64,000 bases of DNA. It comes from Planctomycetota bacterium. Lineage in GTDB: Bacteria > Planctomycetota > UBA1135 > GCA-002686595. This document shows positions 27,666 through 35,472 of this stretch, piece by piece; position 1 is the stretch's first letter; the number at the start of each line of letters is the position of its first letter. The stretch spans positions 3,987-67,986 of the forward strand of contig JBLIOI010000007.1 of the NCBI GenBank assembly GCA_047639675.1, read 5' to 3'. The position numbers were made by a program, and so were the translations under genes. The notes under the pieces were generated by a model. The model had not been told where the DNA came from. It searched no databases and worked only from the letters and a program-made list of their open reading frames with translations.

Positions 27666-28106
27666 TCAGGCGATTGGCCGCATGTTGAAAGGCAATGTCC
27701 TTCTGTACGAGTCGCCCGTTGGCAAATAAGCGCACCGAGCCCATCGACGTCAGTAGATCTCCGAGCGTCACCGTTAGGTGATAGGTTCCCGGCTGTACGT
27801 CGATCCTAAACGTCAGCTGCACGCCACGCACGCCGTCGCGATTGAGATCGTCTGCCAAGAGCTTGAAGTGCTCCGACAGCGAATAGGCGCTGTCCTTTGG
27901 ATTGCCCGCGACCTTCTCTAATAAGAACGAAGCCGGAGCACTCCCTTCGAAACCCCATCCACGATCGGGTCATAGGAATCCTTGCCTTGAACCCGGACAT
28001 GGCCTGCCACGAGGGGGCTCGCCTCTGTCTCCATGTCAAAGTAGATCGGCGTGCTGATCTGACAGGCGCTCGCCGCCATCAGTACTCCGAGAAGCTCGAT
28101 GATCAT
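27640..28106 (-). pseudogene. Lipoprotein-like gene disrupted by a frameshift near 27970
   Basis: Frame 1 reads MIIELLGVLMAASACQISTPIYFDMETEASPLVAGHVRVQGKDSYDP. A second frame, opening at 27969, reads PDRGWGFEGSAPASFLLEKVAGNP...GVQLTFRIDVQPGTYHLTVTLGDLL...RLFANGRLVQKD. The joined text matches a common carbohydrate-esterase-associated beta-sandwich pattern (FD.G...GY..V....Y....GWGF...G.Y.VTV..GD). Confidence 0.5.
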
Positions 28107-28174
28107 CTAACCCCCTGGTCTCGGGAAGACGTCGGTCTTGCTCTCGCGCGGTCTCTAGCCGCTGAAGCGAAAAA

Positions 28175-28251
<77 letters not shown>

Positions 28252-28351
28252 ACACATTGAGCGGAGGAAGATAGGGCCAGTACAGGGGGCCGTCAAGATC
28301 AGCTTGGGAGACCGGGGGAATTCGGGAGGGTATTTATAGCGGTGCGAGAGC

Positions 28352-29926
28352 TCAGCGGCCCAAATCCACGAACATTCCGCCGTTCTCCTCTGCCAGATCG
28401 CGCATGAACTTACGCTGGAATTCCCCAATGGCGATCGAGTGGATGAGCACCTTGCGCAGGCCGTTGGCGGCGCGCACTTCCTTGAGAATATCATTGGGAT
28501 CGACCAATTCCCCCACGGTCGGGCGGCCGTCGGAGAGGAAGAAGATCGTATCGACGGAGACTTCGTAGGATTTATTCCGTGCGCCGCTGGAGCCGCGAGT
28601 GGCGACACCCAAGGCTTCCATCAGGGCGCCGTAGGTGTTGGTCTTGCCAGCTTCCAAGTTGGCCGAGCCGCCCAGACCGACAGCAGCCAGCTCTTCCTTG
28701 GAGCTTCCACCAATAGCCTCCAAGCGATCGACCCAATCGAGAGCGCTGCGCTTGTTCAAGACGTTGCAAGTCGAGAGCTTCTTCTTCCACGGCTTCACAT
28801 CTGTGGCGAAGGCGAGGATGTTGAGCTTCACGTAGGGCTCAAGGGTTTCGATTGTGCGCTTCAATTCGGTTTTGACAATGTCGATGCGCCGCAGCGAAGG
28901 GTAGCCGCCGTCTTTGAAGCGTTCCTTTTCGACAACTTGATTTTCCATCGATCCGGAGACATCGATGATGTAAATCACTGAGCGACTTGGAGTCTCGATG
29001 CCGTGGTAGGAAGAGGTACCTTGCGGGGTGTAGAGAGCGCGATTCTCTGCGCGCTTGGCCTTGGCCTTGGCCAAGGCTTCGTCGCTCGGAATCTCAAAGC
29101 GGCTCTCAATACCTATCCACCACTTGCGCCACATCTCTGTGCGCAAGCCGTAACCCTTCGCCGTAATCTCCTCGAGGGCCTTTGAGTAGTCCTCTAGCAA
29201 ACGGCCTTCTTCCTGCTCCATTCGTGAGATCAGAGGATCGATCGAACGTTTGGCACGCATCACATACAGTGCTTTGGCCGCGCTCGAGCGCACTTGCCAG
29301 ATCTTGTCGTTCAAAGCCAGGATGGCGATCTCGACAACCGGCTCGTGCTTCATGGTGGTTAGTGCTTCAATCGAAGCACTACGGATCGCGGACTCCTTAT
29401 CCTTCGTCAACTCAACGATCGCCGGAATCGCGCTGCGCTCCCCACGCGCCTCCAAGGCTTGAACAGTTCGGTAGCGAATCGCCCATGACTTGTCGGCCAG
29501 GCACTCGATCAAGGCGCCATTATCACCCTGGTAGCCGGCTTCACCAATCGTCATCAACAGGCCAAGGCGAATGGGCTCCTTCTTCTCCTCGGCTAGCCTG
29601 ATAAAGATGGCATCGATCGCCTCTCGGTTCTGGAGAGTTCCAAGGATCTTGATGGCGGCAGCGACCACTTCCGGATCGGAATCTGCCAAGACCGGAATCA
29701 GGACCTTAACCATCGCCGGCGAATCTGCGTCTTCGAGCGAGTAGATCGCCTCGACGCGCGTGGCGCTGTCCTTGAACTTGCGGAAGTACTTCTTGAACTC
29801 TTTGACGATCTCGTCGTCGACCGGTTGAAATTCCAAACCTGCCAGTGCGCTCGGCGGGGTGATCGCCAAAAGGGCAAATAGGAAGATCGGGAGCAGGGCC
29901 GATGCTCTGGTAGAGAAGCGCTTCAT
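28352..29926 (-). CDS. Secreted HEAT-repeat + von Willebrand factor A (VWA) domain protein
   Basis: Signal peptide MKRFSTRASALLPIFLFALLAITPPSALA. HEAT-like repeats (DPEVVAAAIKILGTL, SWAIRYRTVQALEA, ESAIRSASIEALT, IWQVRSSAAKALY). VWA MIDAS motif YIIDVSGSM. Confidence 0.75.
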   Translation of the reverse strand: MKRFSTRASALLPIFLFALLAITPPSALAGLEFQPVDDEIVKEFKKYFRKFKDSATRVEAIYSLEDADSPAMVKVLIPVLADSDPEVVAAAIKILGTLQNREAIDAIFIRLAEEKKEPIRLGLLMTIGEAGYQGDNGALIECLADKSWAIRYRTVQALEARGERSAIPAIVELTKDKESAIRSASIEALTTMKHEPVVEIAILALNDKIWQVRSSAAKALYVMRAKRSIDPLISRMEQEEGRLLEDYSKALEEITAKGYGLRTEMWRKWWIGIESRFEIPSDEALAKAKAKRAENRALYTPQGTSSYHGIETPSRSVIYIIDVSGSMENQVVEKERFKDGGYPSLRRIDIVKTELKRTIETLEPYVKLNILAFATDVKPWKKKLSTCNVLNKRSALDWVDRLEAIGGSSKEELAAVGLGGSANLEAGKTNTYGALMEALGVATRGSSGARNKSYEVSVDTIFFLSDGRPTVGELVDPNDILKEVRAANGLRKVLIHSIAIGEFQRKFMRDLAEENGGMFVDLGR

Positions 29927-30051
29927 GGAGGCTGAGGGGACAGGACGACGGTGAGGAGTCCTCCTGTTTTACCCCCTTCCGCTCGCAGTGCTACGAACGG
30001 ATGGGCCTCGAAAACGAATTGGCTCGGGTTCGATGCCCCGATTTCCCGCTT

Positions 30052-31590
30052 CTAGTTGGCGCTAGGGTCCATTATGGCCCCTGAAGCGTCAATCAGGTGC
30101 GTTGCGGTCCTGCCCGCGATGTCTACCTTCGCGCCCTTCAGACTGATGCGCGCACCCGCTTCGGTCACGATTGTCACCTCGTCGGCGACTTGGGATAGAA
30201 GCTTGCCGTAGAAAACGCCTCCAACTGTGGTCACGCGCACGCTCTTGAGGCCGGCAAGGTCTTGAGACCCGTTTTCGCCAAGAACTGCGGAGCCTTCCGA
30301 AGTGAGAATGTGCTCCACTCGATCGATCTGCCAATCCATCAAGGCCATTTTGCCCAGATTGGTCTCGATCCAAACGCGCTTCTTGCCAACGGCGTAAAGC
30401 TCGCCTTCAAAGATCTCACCATCGGCAAGGACGACTCGCACTCGGCCTACGTTGGGCGTTAGGACACGATCAGTTTTGGAGATCGCCTCGACAGGAATTC
30501 CGGCGTCAAGCCAGAGTGCCGCCAACTCTACTTCCGATGCCTCACGCAACTCCCCGCCCAAGTCTTCGGGGGTCAAGTTCAGAGCCTCATCACCGTTCGC
30601 CTGTGTGGCCGTATCGAGACTCCAGTCCTGGATTGGGCTCGTCGCATTCCAATCGATTTGAATCGGTGAAGAGTCAGGTTCGGAAACCACTTCGATCGGA
30701 GTCGTGCCCGCGACAAAGACCTCGGTCATTTCTGGCTCAGCGCTAATTCCCGGGGCAATGAGTTCGAGGGCCGGCGCCTGCGAATCGTCCGTAGCTATGG
30801 ATTCAAAGGGACTGACCAGTCCTCCGCCAACTTGTTCCGCTGGCTTCGACGCCACCAGGGCTTCGTCCGTATTGGGAGACTCCTGCGGTTTGTTCTGTTG
30901 ATTGGGCTTGTTCTGGGCTACTCGCGGCCTGATCTCCGGAGTGGCGTCCTTGCCCACGGGCACAAACTTCGCACCGACAACGCCAATAAAGACGGAGACG
31001 GCAGCGATAAGCGTTCGAGCTAACCAAGGCGAAGCTGCAGCAACAGGCTCGTCATCCTCATACTCGTTTTCGTACTCGACATCCAGATCGAGTTCTTCTG
31101 AACCCAGCTCTGCTTCCAAACCCTCTAAGGGTTCTTCGTCGACGTATTCCGTGTCCTCCCCATCATCGGAGAGCTCGAACTCCATCAGCCAGCCGTCATC
31201 CTGGTCAGCTGGTTGGTACTCGCCCTCGCTTTCGAACTCCGCTACGTGCGCACTGAGCTCGTTGTCTTCGAGGGGATTTTCTTCAATGGATTGCAGCGAT
31301 TGAAGCGAATCCAAGACTTCAGCTGCCCCCGGATAGTTCTCGTTGGATCCAAACTCGGCGAATTCTGTTTCGCCATCCTCGAAAACTTCGTCTTCGAGTT
31401 CGAGCTGACCCAGTTCCTCATCCGTGGGCGAATTTAGGATTGGCGCATCCGGGAGTTCACCCGTTAGCGCACTTTGCAATTCCGAGTCGTCTTCGTCATC
31501 ACCAACTCGTAAGTACTCTTCGTTAGAGAACTCTTGGTTCGAGGATTCGTCTCCCTCGGGAGAATCGGGGCTGGTGGGGTCTATGGACAT
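30052..31590 (-). CDS. Hypothetical single-pass membrane protein with a highly acidic N-terminal region
   Basis: 512-aa ORF. About 180 aa of D/E-rich low complexity, a TM segment (WLARTLIAAVSVFIGVVGAKFV), then a Pro/Ser-rich linker and a C-terminal globular part. No family recognised. Confidence 0.55.
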   Translation of the reverse strand: MSIDPTSPDSPEGDESSNQEFSNEEYLRVGDDEDDSELQSALTGELPDAPILNSPTDEELGQLELEDEVFEDGETEFAEFGSNENYPGAAEVLDSLQSLQSIEENPLEDNELSAHVAEFESEGEYQPADQDDGWLMEFELSDDGEDTEYVDEEPLEGLEAELGSEELDLDVEYENEYEDDEPVAAASPWLARTLIAAVSVFIGVVGAKFVPVGKDATPEIRPRVAQNKPNQQNKPQESPNTDEALVASKPAEQVGGGLVSPFESIATDDSQAPALELIAPGISAEPEMTEVFVAGTTPIEVVSEPDSSPIQIDWNATSPIQDWSLDTATQANGDEALNLTPEDLGGELREASEVELAALWLDAGIPVEAISKTDRVLTPNVGRVRVVLADGEIFEGELYAVGKKRVWIETNLGKMALMDWQIDRVEHILTSEGSAVLGENGSQDLAGLKSVRVTTVGGVFYGKLLSQVADEVTIVTEAGARISLKGAKVDIAGRTATHLIDASGAIMDPSAN

Positions 31591-31776
31591 GACCGGTTTC
31601 TAATCTAGCGCTGCGGAAGAGAAGTCGTGAGCCCTGGCAACCAAGCCAGGGACCCGCCTTTCATCGGCACTCGCGGTACCTGGAGCTTTGCCCCACCTGG
31701 AGGAAATCCCCCGCGCAAAGGGAGCAAGAAACGGCGAAGTCCGCTTCTGTCCGGAATCATTTTCCCGGTGCCGCCC

Positions 31777-33693
31777 CTAGCGCTTCTTCAGGACGCGATT
31801 TCCGCCTTGGCGCAGGGTCACGCCTTCCAAGTCCATGCGTTCCAAAATCGGGATAAGAAACTTGCGACTCGTGCTCAAAACATCCCGCAGCTCGGGGATT
31901 ACGAGCTGCCCGTTCTTCTCGCAGTTCGAAACGACAGCTGTTCGGGCCTGCTCAGCCGTGGCGGCGGTCAAGAACAAGCCGTTCTTGAGCGGCACCAAGC
32001 GCCCCGCATCCACCAGCATCTCGAGCACCGAATTCAGCTCCTTCTCTGCGGTACCGAGAGTCGTCGCCAACTCCGCTTCTGCCGGGGGCTGGAAGGCTGC
32101 CTCCTCCAAGTGCGCCTCGATCTTCTGTATCAGCTCGCGCTTCGATTCATCGAGGGCTACCTTGCGCCCCGCCAAGCGAACCTTGCCACCCGCTTCCAAT
32201 TCGATCCCGCCACGCGTGCGCTCTTCCTCCAAGAGGAAGTTCAGGAAGCTCGGCTCGTAACCCAAGTCTTTGCGCAACTCGCCTACGGGAACCACCTCGC
32301 GCAGAGCATTTTTGTCGAACCAGGCTGCGATCGTGTCGCGCAACTTTTCTAGCGACGACTCCAGCGTCTCAATGTGAAGCCATTTTTGGCCCTTCGGCTC
32401 TTCGACAACCGCACCGCGCCCGGCTAGGTCGCCCAAGATCGCGCGGGTTTCCGCGAGGGAACGCTTGATCGCAACGGACAAGTCTTGAGCACTCTGTAGG
32501 GTTTCGCCACGTCGTGCCAAAATCACTTCCAAGAGATCCGTCGGCGACTCCAAGCTGCTCTCTTGTCGTCCGAGTTCTTCGAGCACGAAGCCCTTGAAGC
32601 GTTTGAGGCGGTGACGGCTTTCCTCGAGAATTTTGCCTCCGCCCAAGGTAATCAGCGGTGAAGCCAATCGCAGAATAAAGGGATCCCCGGGCGCACAAAC
32701 CACAGGTTTCTCCAATCGCAGTTGTATCAAACCGGTCTCCCCCGGCTTCAATTCCGTTGAGTCCAATAGCACTGCTTGCCCCACGACTTCTACAGTTCCC
32801 GTGTGCAAACGCACCTGCGCACGATCCTTCAAACTGCACTCCACCTTAGCAAGCATCGTCATGCGCGCGCCCACCATGCGCATCGCACGAAAGTAACCGG
32901 GCACGGCCGCGACGCTTCCGCGATCAGCATCCTTGCGCGACACATCCGAGATGTTTATGGCCGTCGAATGTCCGGCTCGAGCCGTTTCCGTCGCCTGCCG
33001 GTAGGCTTGCAATCCACGCACCTTGCCCTTGTGGCCGCCCGGCAAGATTTCAAGTGTGTCACCAATGGAGAGGGTCCCGGAAACGGGTATCCCTGTGATC
33101 ACAGTGCCAAAGCCCTTCGAACTAAAGATCCGTTGCACCGGCATGCGAAAGACCCCGTCTGTCGCCCGCGGCTCGACTTCCATCGCCGCTTTGAACAGAG
33201 CCTCTTTGAAAGCATCCATACCGATGCCTTTCAAAGCCGAGATGCGAAAGATGGGCGCATCGTCCAAAAAGGTGCCGGCGATCGACTCACGCACATCCTC
33301 TTCCGCGAGTTCGATGAGCTCCTCCTCCACCATGTCCACCTTGGTCAGGCAGATCATCCCGCGGGAAACTCCCATTAATTCCATGATCGAAAGGTGCTCG
33401 CGAGTCTGCGGCATGACCCCGTCATCCGCTGCGACCACCAAGACCACCAGATCGATTCCTGAAGCCCCCGCCACCATATTCTTGATGAAGCGCTCGTGCC
33501 CCGGCACGTCCACAATGCCCACTAGGCGCCCGTCCGGCAGTTCTAGGGGCGCAAAACCCAAATCGATGGTCACGCCGCGCTCCTTCTCCTCTTTCAGGCG
33601 ATCGGGGTCGATCCCGGTCAGGGCGCGCACCAAAGTAGATTTGCCGTGGTCGATGTGCCCGGCGGTTCCGATGACAATAGGCTGGATCTCCAT
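31777..33693 (-). CDS. selB: Selenocysteine-specific translation elongation factor SelB
   Basis: GTPase motifs GTAGHIDHGKSTL, DVPGHERF, LTKVD. About 638 aa, with the long C-terminal winged-helix extension typical of bacterial SelB rather than EF-Tu. Probable start is the ATG at 33693 (MEIQPIVIG...). Confidence 0.9.
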   Translation of the reverse strand: MEIQPIVIGTAGHIDHGKSTLVRALTGIDPDRLKEEKERGVTIDLGFAPLELPDGRLVGIVDVPGHERFIKNMVAGASGIDLVVLVVAADDGVMPQTREHLSIMELMGVSRGMICLTKVDMVEEELIELAEEDVRESIAGTFLDDAPIFRISALKGIGMDAFKEALFKAAMEVEPRATDGVFRMPVQRIFSSKGFGTVITGIPVSGTLSIGDTLEILPGGHKGKVRGLQAYRQATETARAGHSTAINISDVSRKDADRGSVAAVPGYFRAMRMVGARMTMLAKVECSLKDRAQVRLHTGTVEVVGQAVLLDSTELKPGETGLIQLRLEKPVVCAPGDPFILRLASPLITLGGGKILEESRHRLKRFKGFVLEELGRQESSLESPTDLLEVILARRGETLQSAQDLSVAIKRSLAETRAILGDLAGRGAVVEEPKGQKWLHIETLESSLEKLRDTIAAWFDKNALREVVPVGELRKDLGYEPSFLNFLLEEERTRGGIELEAGGKVRLAGRKVALDESKRELIQKIEAHLEEAAFQPPAEAELATTLGTAEKELNSVLEMLVDAGRLVPLKNGLFLTAATAEQARTAVVSNCEKNGQLVIPELRDVLSTSRKFLIPILERMDLEGVTLRQGGNRVLKKR

Positions 33694-33736
33694 GTCGCGC
33701 ACCTTACCAGGATCCGAATCGGATATCGTTTGCGGC

Positions 33737-34708
33737 GTGACCTCTCTACCTTTCAATCCGCTCCGTCCGCATTTGCGCGAACTCTACGGACGCAATGTTT
33801 ACCGCGTGGCCCTCGACGCCGGCTCCACCTGTCCCAATCGCGATGGCGCGAAAGGCTTTGGTGGCTGCGTTTATTGTGACGTGGAAGGCTCGGGGACCGG
33901 CGAGCTCAAAAGCGGCACGCAGTTGGCTGTGCAACTCGAGGAAGGCATCGAGCGCATCCGGCGGCGCGAGCCCGATCCTGGAATCATCGCCTACTTCCAG
34001 TCCTACTCGAATACCTACGTGGCGCCCAAGCGCCTGCGCGAGGTCCTCGCTGTCTTGGATAAGCACCTGGGCGACCCAATCGTTGCCGTCAGCATTGCGA
34101 CTCGCCCGGATACGATTTCGCCGGAAGCCCTCGACATTTTAGCCGAGCTCAATGAGCGCGTTCCGGTTTGGCTGGAGCTCGGTCTAGAGGTTGCGGATGA
34201 TGCCTTGCTCGACAAGATTCAGCGCTATCACACGGTGGATGACTTCCTTGTGGCGGTTGAGCGCGTGCACCGTGTGGGCTTGCAAGTTGTAGGGCATGCA
34301 ATCCTCGGCATCCCAGGCGACGGTCGCGAGGGCGCGCGGCGCACGGCGGACTGTTTAGCGCAGAGTGGAATCGCTGGCATCAAGGTCCACAACTTGATGA
34401 TCCTGCGCCGCACGATACTCGAAAAGTGGTGGCGCGCCGGGGAAGTGCCGGTGCTTGAGCCGGCCGCTTATGTTTCGTGGTTAGCGGACTTCATCGAGCG
34501 CTTACACCCGGATCAAATTGTGCACCGCATGACCGGTGACGCGGCGCCCGAAGAGTTACTCGCGCCCCTTTGGGATGTGCGCATGAATGGCATTAGGCAC
34601 AGGCTAATCCAGGAGCTGGAAGCGCGTGGGACACGCCAGGGGTCACTTTTCGCTGGGGCAGGAGTATCGAATCCTGCGAGTTTCTCGGAGAAGCAGCGAA
34701 CAGACTGA
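33737..34708 (+). CDS. Radical SAM protein, TIGR01212 (YhcC-like) family
   Basis: LYGRNVYRVALDAGSTCPNRDGAKGFGGCVYCDVEGSG matches the N-terminal signature of this family. Start is uncertain: GTG at 33737 or ATG at 33692. The ORF track extends it to 33023, but that part is antisense to selB. Confidence 0.8.
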   Translation: MTSLPFNPLRPHLRELYGRNVYRVALDAGSTCPNRDGAKGFGGCVYCDVEGSGTGELKSGTQLAVQLEEGIERIRRREPDPGIIAYFQSYSNTYVAPKRLREVLAVLDKHLGDPIVAVSIATRPDTISPEALDILAELNERVPVWLELGLEVADDALLDKIQRYHTVDDFLVAVERVHRVGLQVVGHAILGIPGDGREGARRTADCLAQSGIAGIKVHNLMILRRTILEKWWRAGEVPVLEPAAYVSWLADFIERLHPDQIVHRMTGDAAPEELLAPLWDVRMNGIRHRLIQELEARGTRQGSLFAGAGVSNPASFSEKQRTD

Positions 34709-34760
34709 GCAGGCAAGGCACTGGGAGAGGAGGTCGCCGTCTACCCCTTCCCGTCTTGCC

Positions 34761-35015
34761 GTGAAGCGTCATCAACTAGCTTTCATCCTGCTCGCGCTCC
34801 TCGCATTGCCGTCCTGCAAAGTCCAGAACCAATGGTCCTTCCCCGTTTCTCGCTCAGCCTACGGCAGCGCTGAGAGCGGATCCGGGAGTGGATTCGGGTC
34901 CTGCAACGGCAGCGAAGCGGAAGCCATCTTCGTGCTCGCCATCATTCTGCTCCCAATCGCCATCGACTTGGTCATTCTCCCGGTCACACTTCTGCACGAT
35001 CTGACGGAGAGTTGA
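34761..35015 (+). CDS. Small putative lipoprotein/membrane protein
   Basis: GTG at 34761 gives VKRHQLAFILLALLALPSC (lipobox-like LPSC), then a Gly/Ser-rich stretch and one TM helix (IFVLAIILLPIAIDLVILPV). Weak support. Confidence 0.35.
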   Translation: MKRHQLAFILLALLALPSCKVQNQWSFPVSRSAYGSAESGSGSGFGSCNGSEAEAIFVLAIILLPIAIDLVILPVTLLHDLTES

Positions 35016-35079
35016 GAAAGGGCAGCGGGTGAGGCTTGTCAATTGCTCAACAGGAGCGACAATAGCCGCAGGAGTAATA

Positions 35080-35454
35080 ATGATGACGACACCTTCAGAA
35101 GACTACGCCCTGTTGATCCCCGCAGCCACTGCAGTGGAAGCGGATCTCGCCAAAGAACTACTTGAGTCTAAGGGGATTCCGGTCCTATTGGACTCAATGG
35201 ATCGCGACATGGCTGAACTAGGATCGGCGGCCCACATGCAAACCTCGCATCCGGACGTTTATGTTCCCAAAACCGCCTTCGAGACGGCCATGGCCATCCT
35301 GAGTGCGACGTGGGAGAACTTTGAAGCGCCGGATGAGGCTGAAGCGTCCGACGAGACCACAGCGTCTGACGAGACTACAGCGCCTGACGAGACCGCAGCG
35401 TCTGACGAGACTACAGCGCCTGACGAGACTAAAGAGGCTACCGAAGAGAGCTAG
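35080..35454 (+). CDS. Small acidic protein, DUF2007-like N-terminus with an (A-S/P-D-E-T-T) repeat tail
   Basis: ATG at 35080 is preceded by GGAG 5 nt upstream. LLIPAATAVEADLAKELLESKGIPVLLDS resembles the putative signal-transducing DUF2007 fold. The C-terminus is a 5-unit hexapeptide repeat. Confidence 0.5.
   Translation: MMTTPSEDYALLIPAATAVEADLAKELLESKGIPVLLDSMDRDMAELGSAAHMQTSHPDVYVPKTAFETAMAILSATWENFEAPDEAEASDETTASDETTAPDETAASDETTAPDETKEATEES
35344..35433 (+). repeat. Tandem 18-nt coding repeat, 5 units
   Basis: GCGTCCGACGAGACCACA / GCGTCTGACGAGACTACA / GCGCCTGACGAGACCGCA / GCGTCTGACGAGACTACA / GCGCCTGACGAGACTAAA. Confidence 0.85.
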
Positions 35455-35472
35455 CGACCAGTTCTGAAACTG

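Noticed and set aside
30021-30045. T-arm-like string GGGTTCGATGCCCC that might indicate a tRNA or tmRNA 3' end.
   Set aside because: The loop would be 8 nt. No complementary acceptor-stem sequence occurs about 70 nt upstream, and no CCA or D arm is present.
31656-31668. Possible tRNA-Sec (selC) just downstream of selB: a 7-nt loop TTTCATC presenting UCA with U33.
   Set aside because: Only a 3-bp flanking stem (GCC/GGC) can form. Position 37 is a pyrimidine. No 8-bp acceptor stem, long variable arm or T arm could be built from the surrounding 31591..31776 sequence on either strand.
31760-31776. RNase-P-like wording GGAGGAAATCCCC in the selB downstream spacer (around 31698..31712), plus other short look-alikes.
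   Set aside because: It does not match the invariant GAGGAAAGUCC context, and no surrounding P4 or P10-12 helices could be drawn.
33023-33736. The N-terminal 238 codons of the 561-aa plus-strand ORF 33023..34708.
   Set aside because: This part lies exactly antisense to the well-supported selB gene and has a Ser/Arg/Pro/Thr-rich shadow-ORF composition. The radical-SAM homology begins only at about 33760, so I truncated the gene to a start at 33737 (or 33692).
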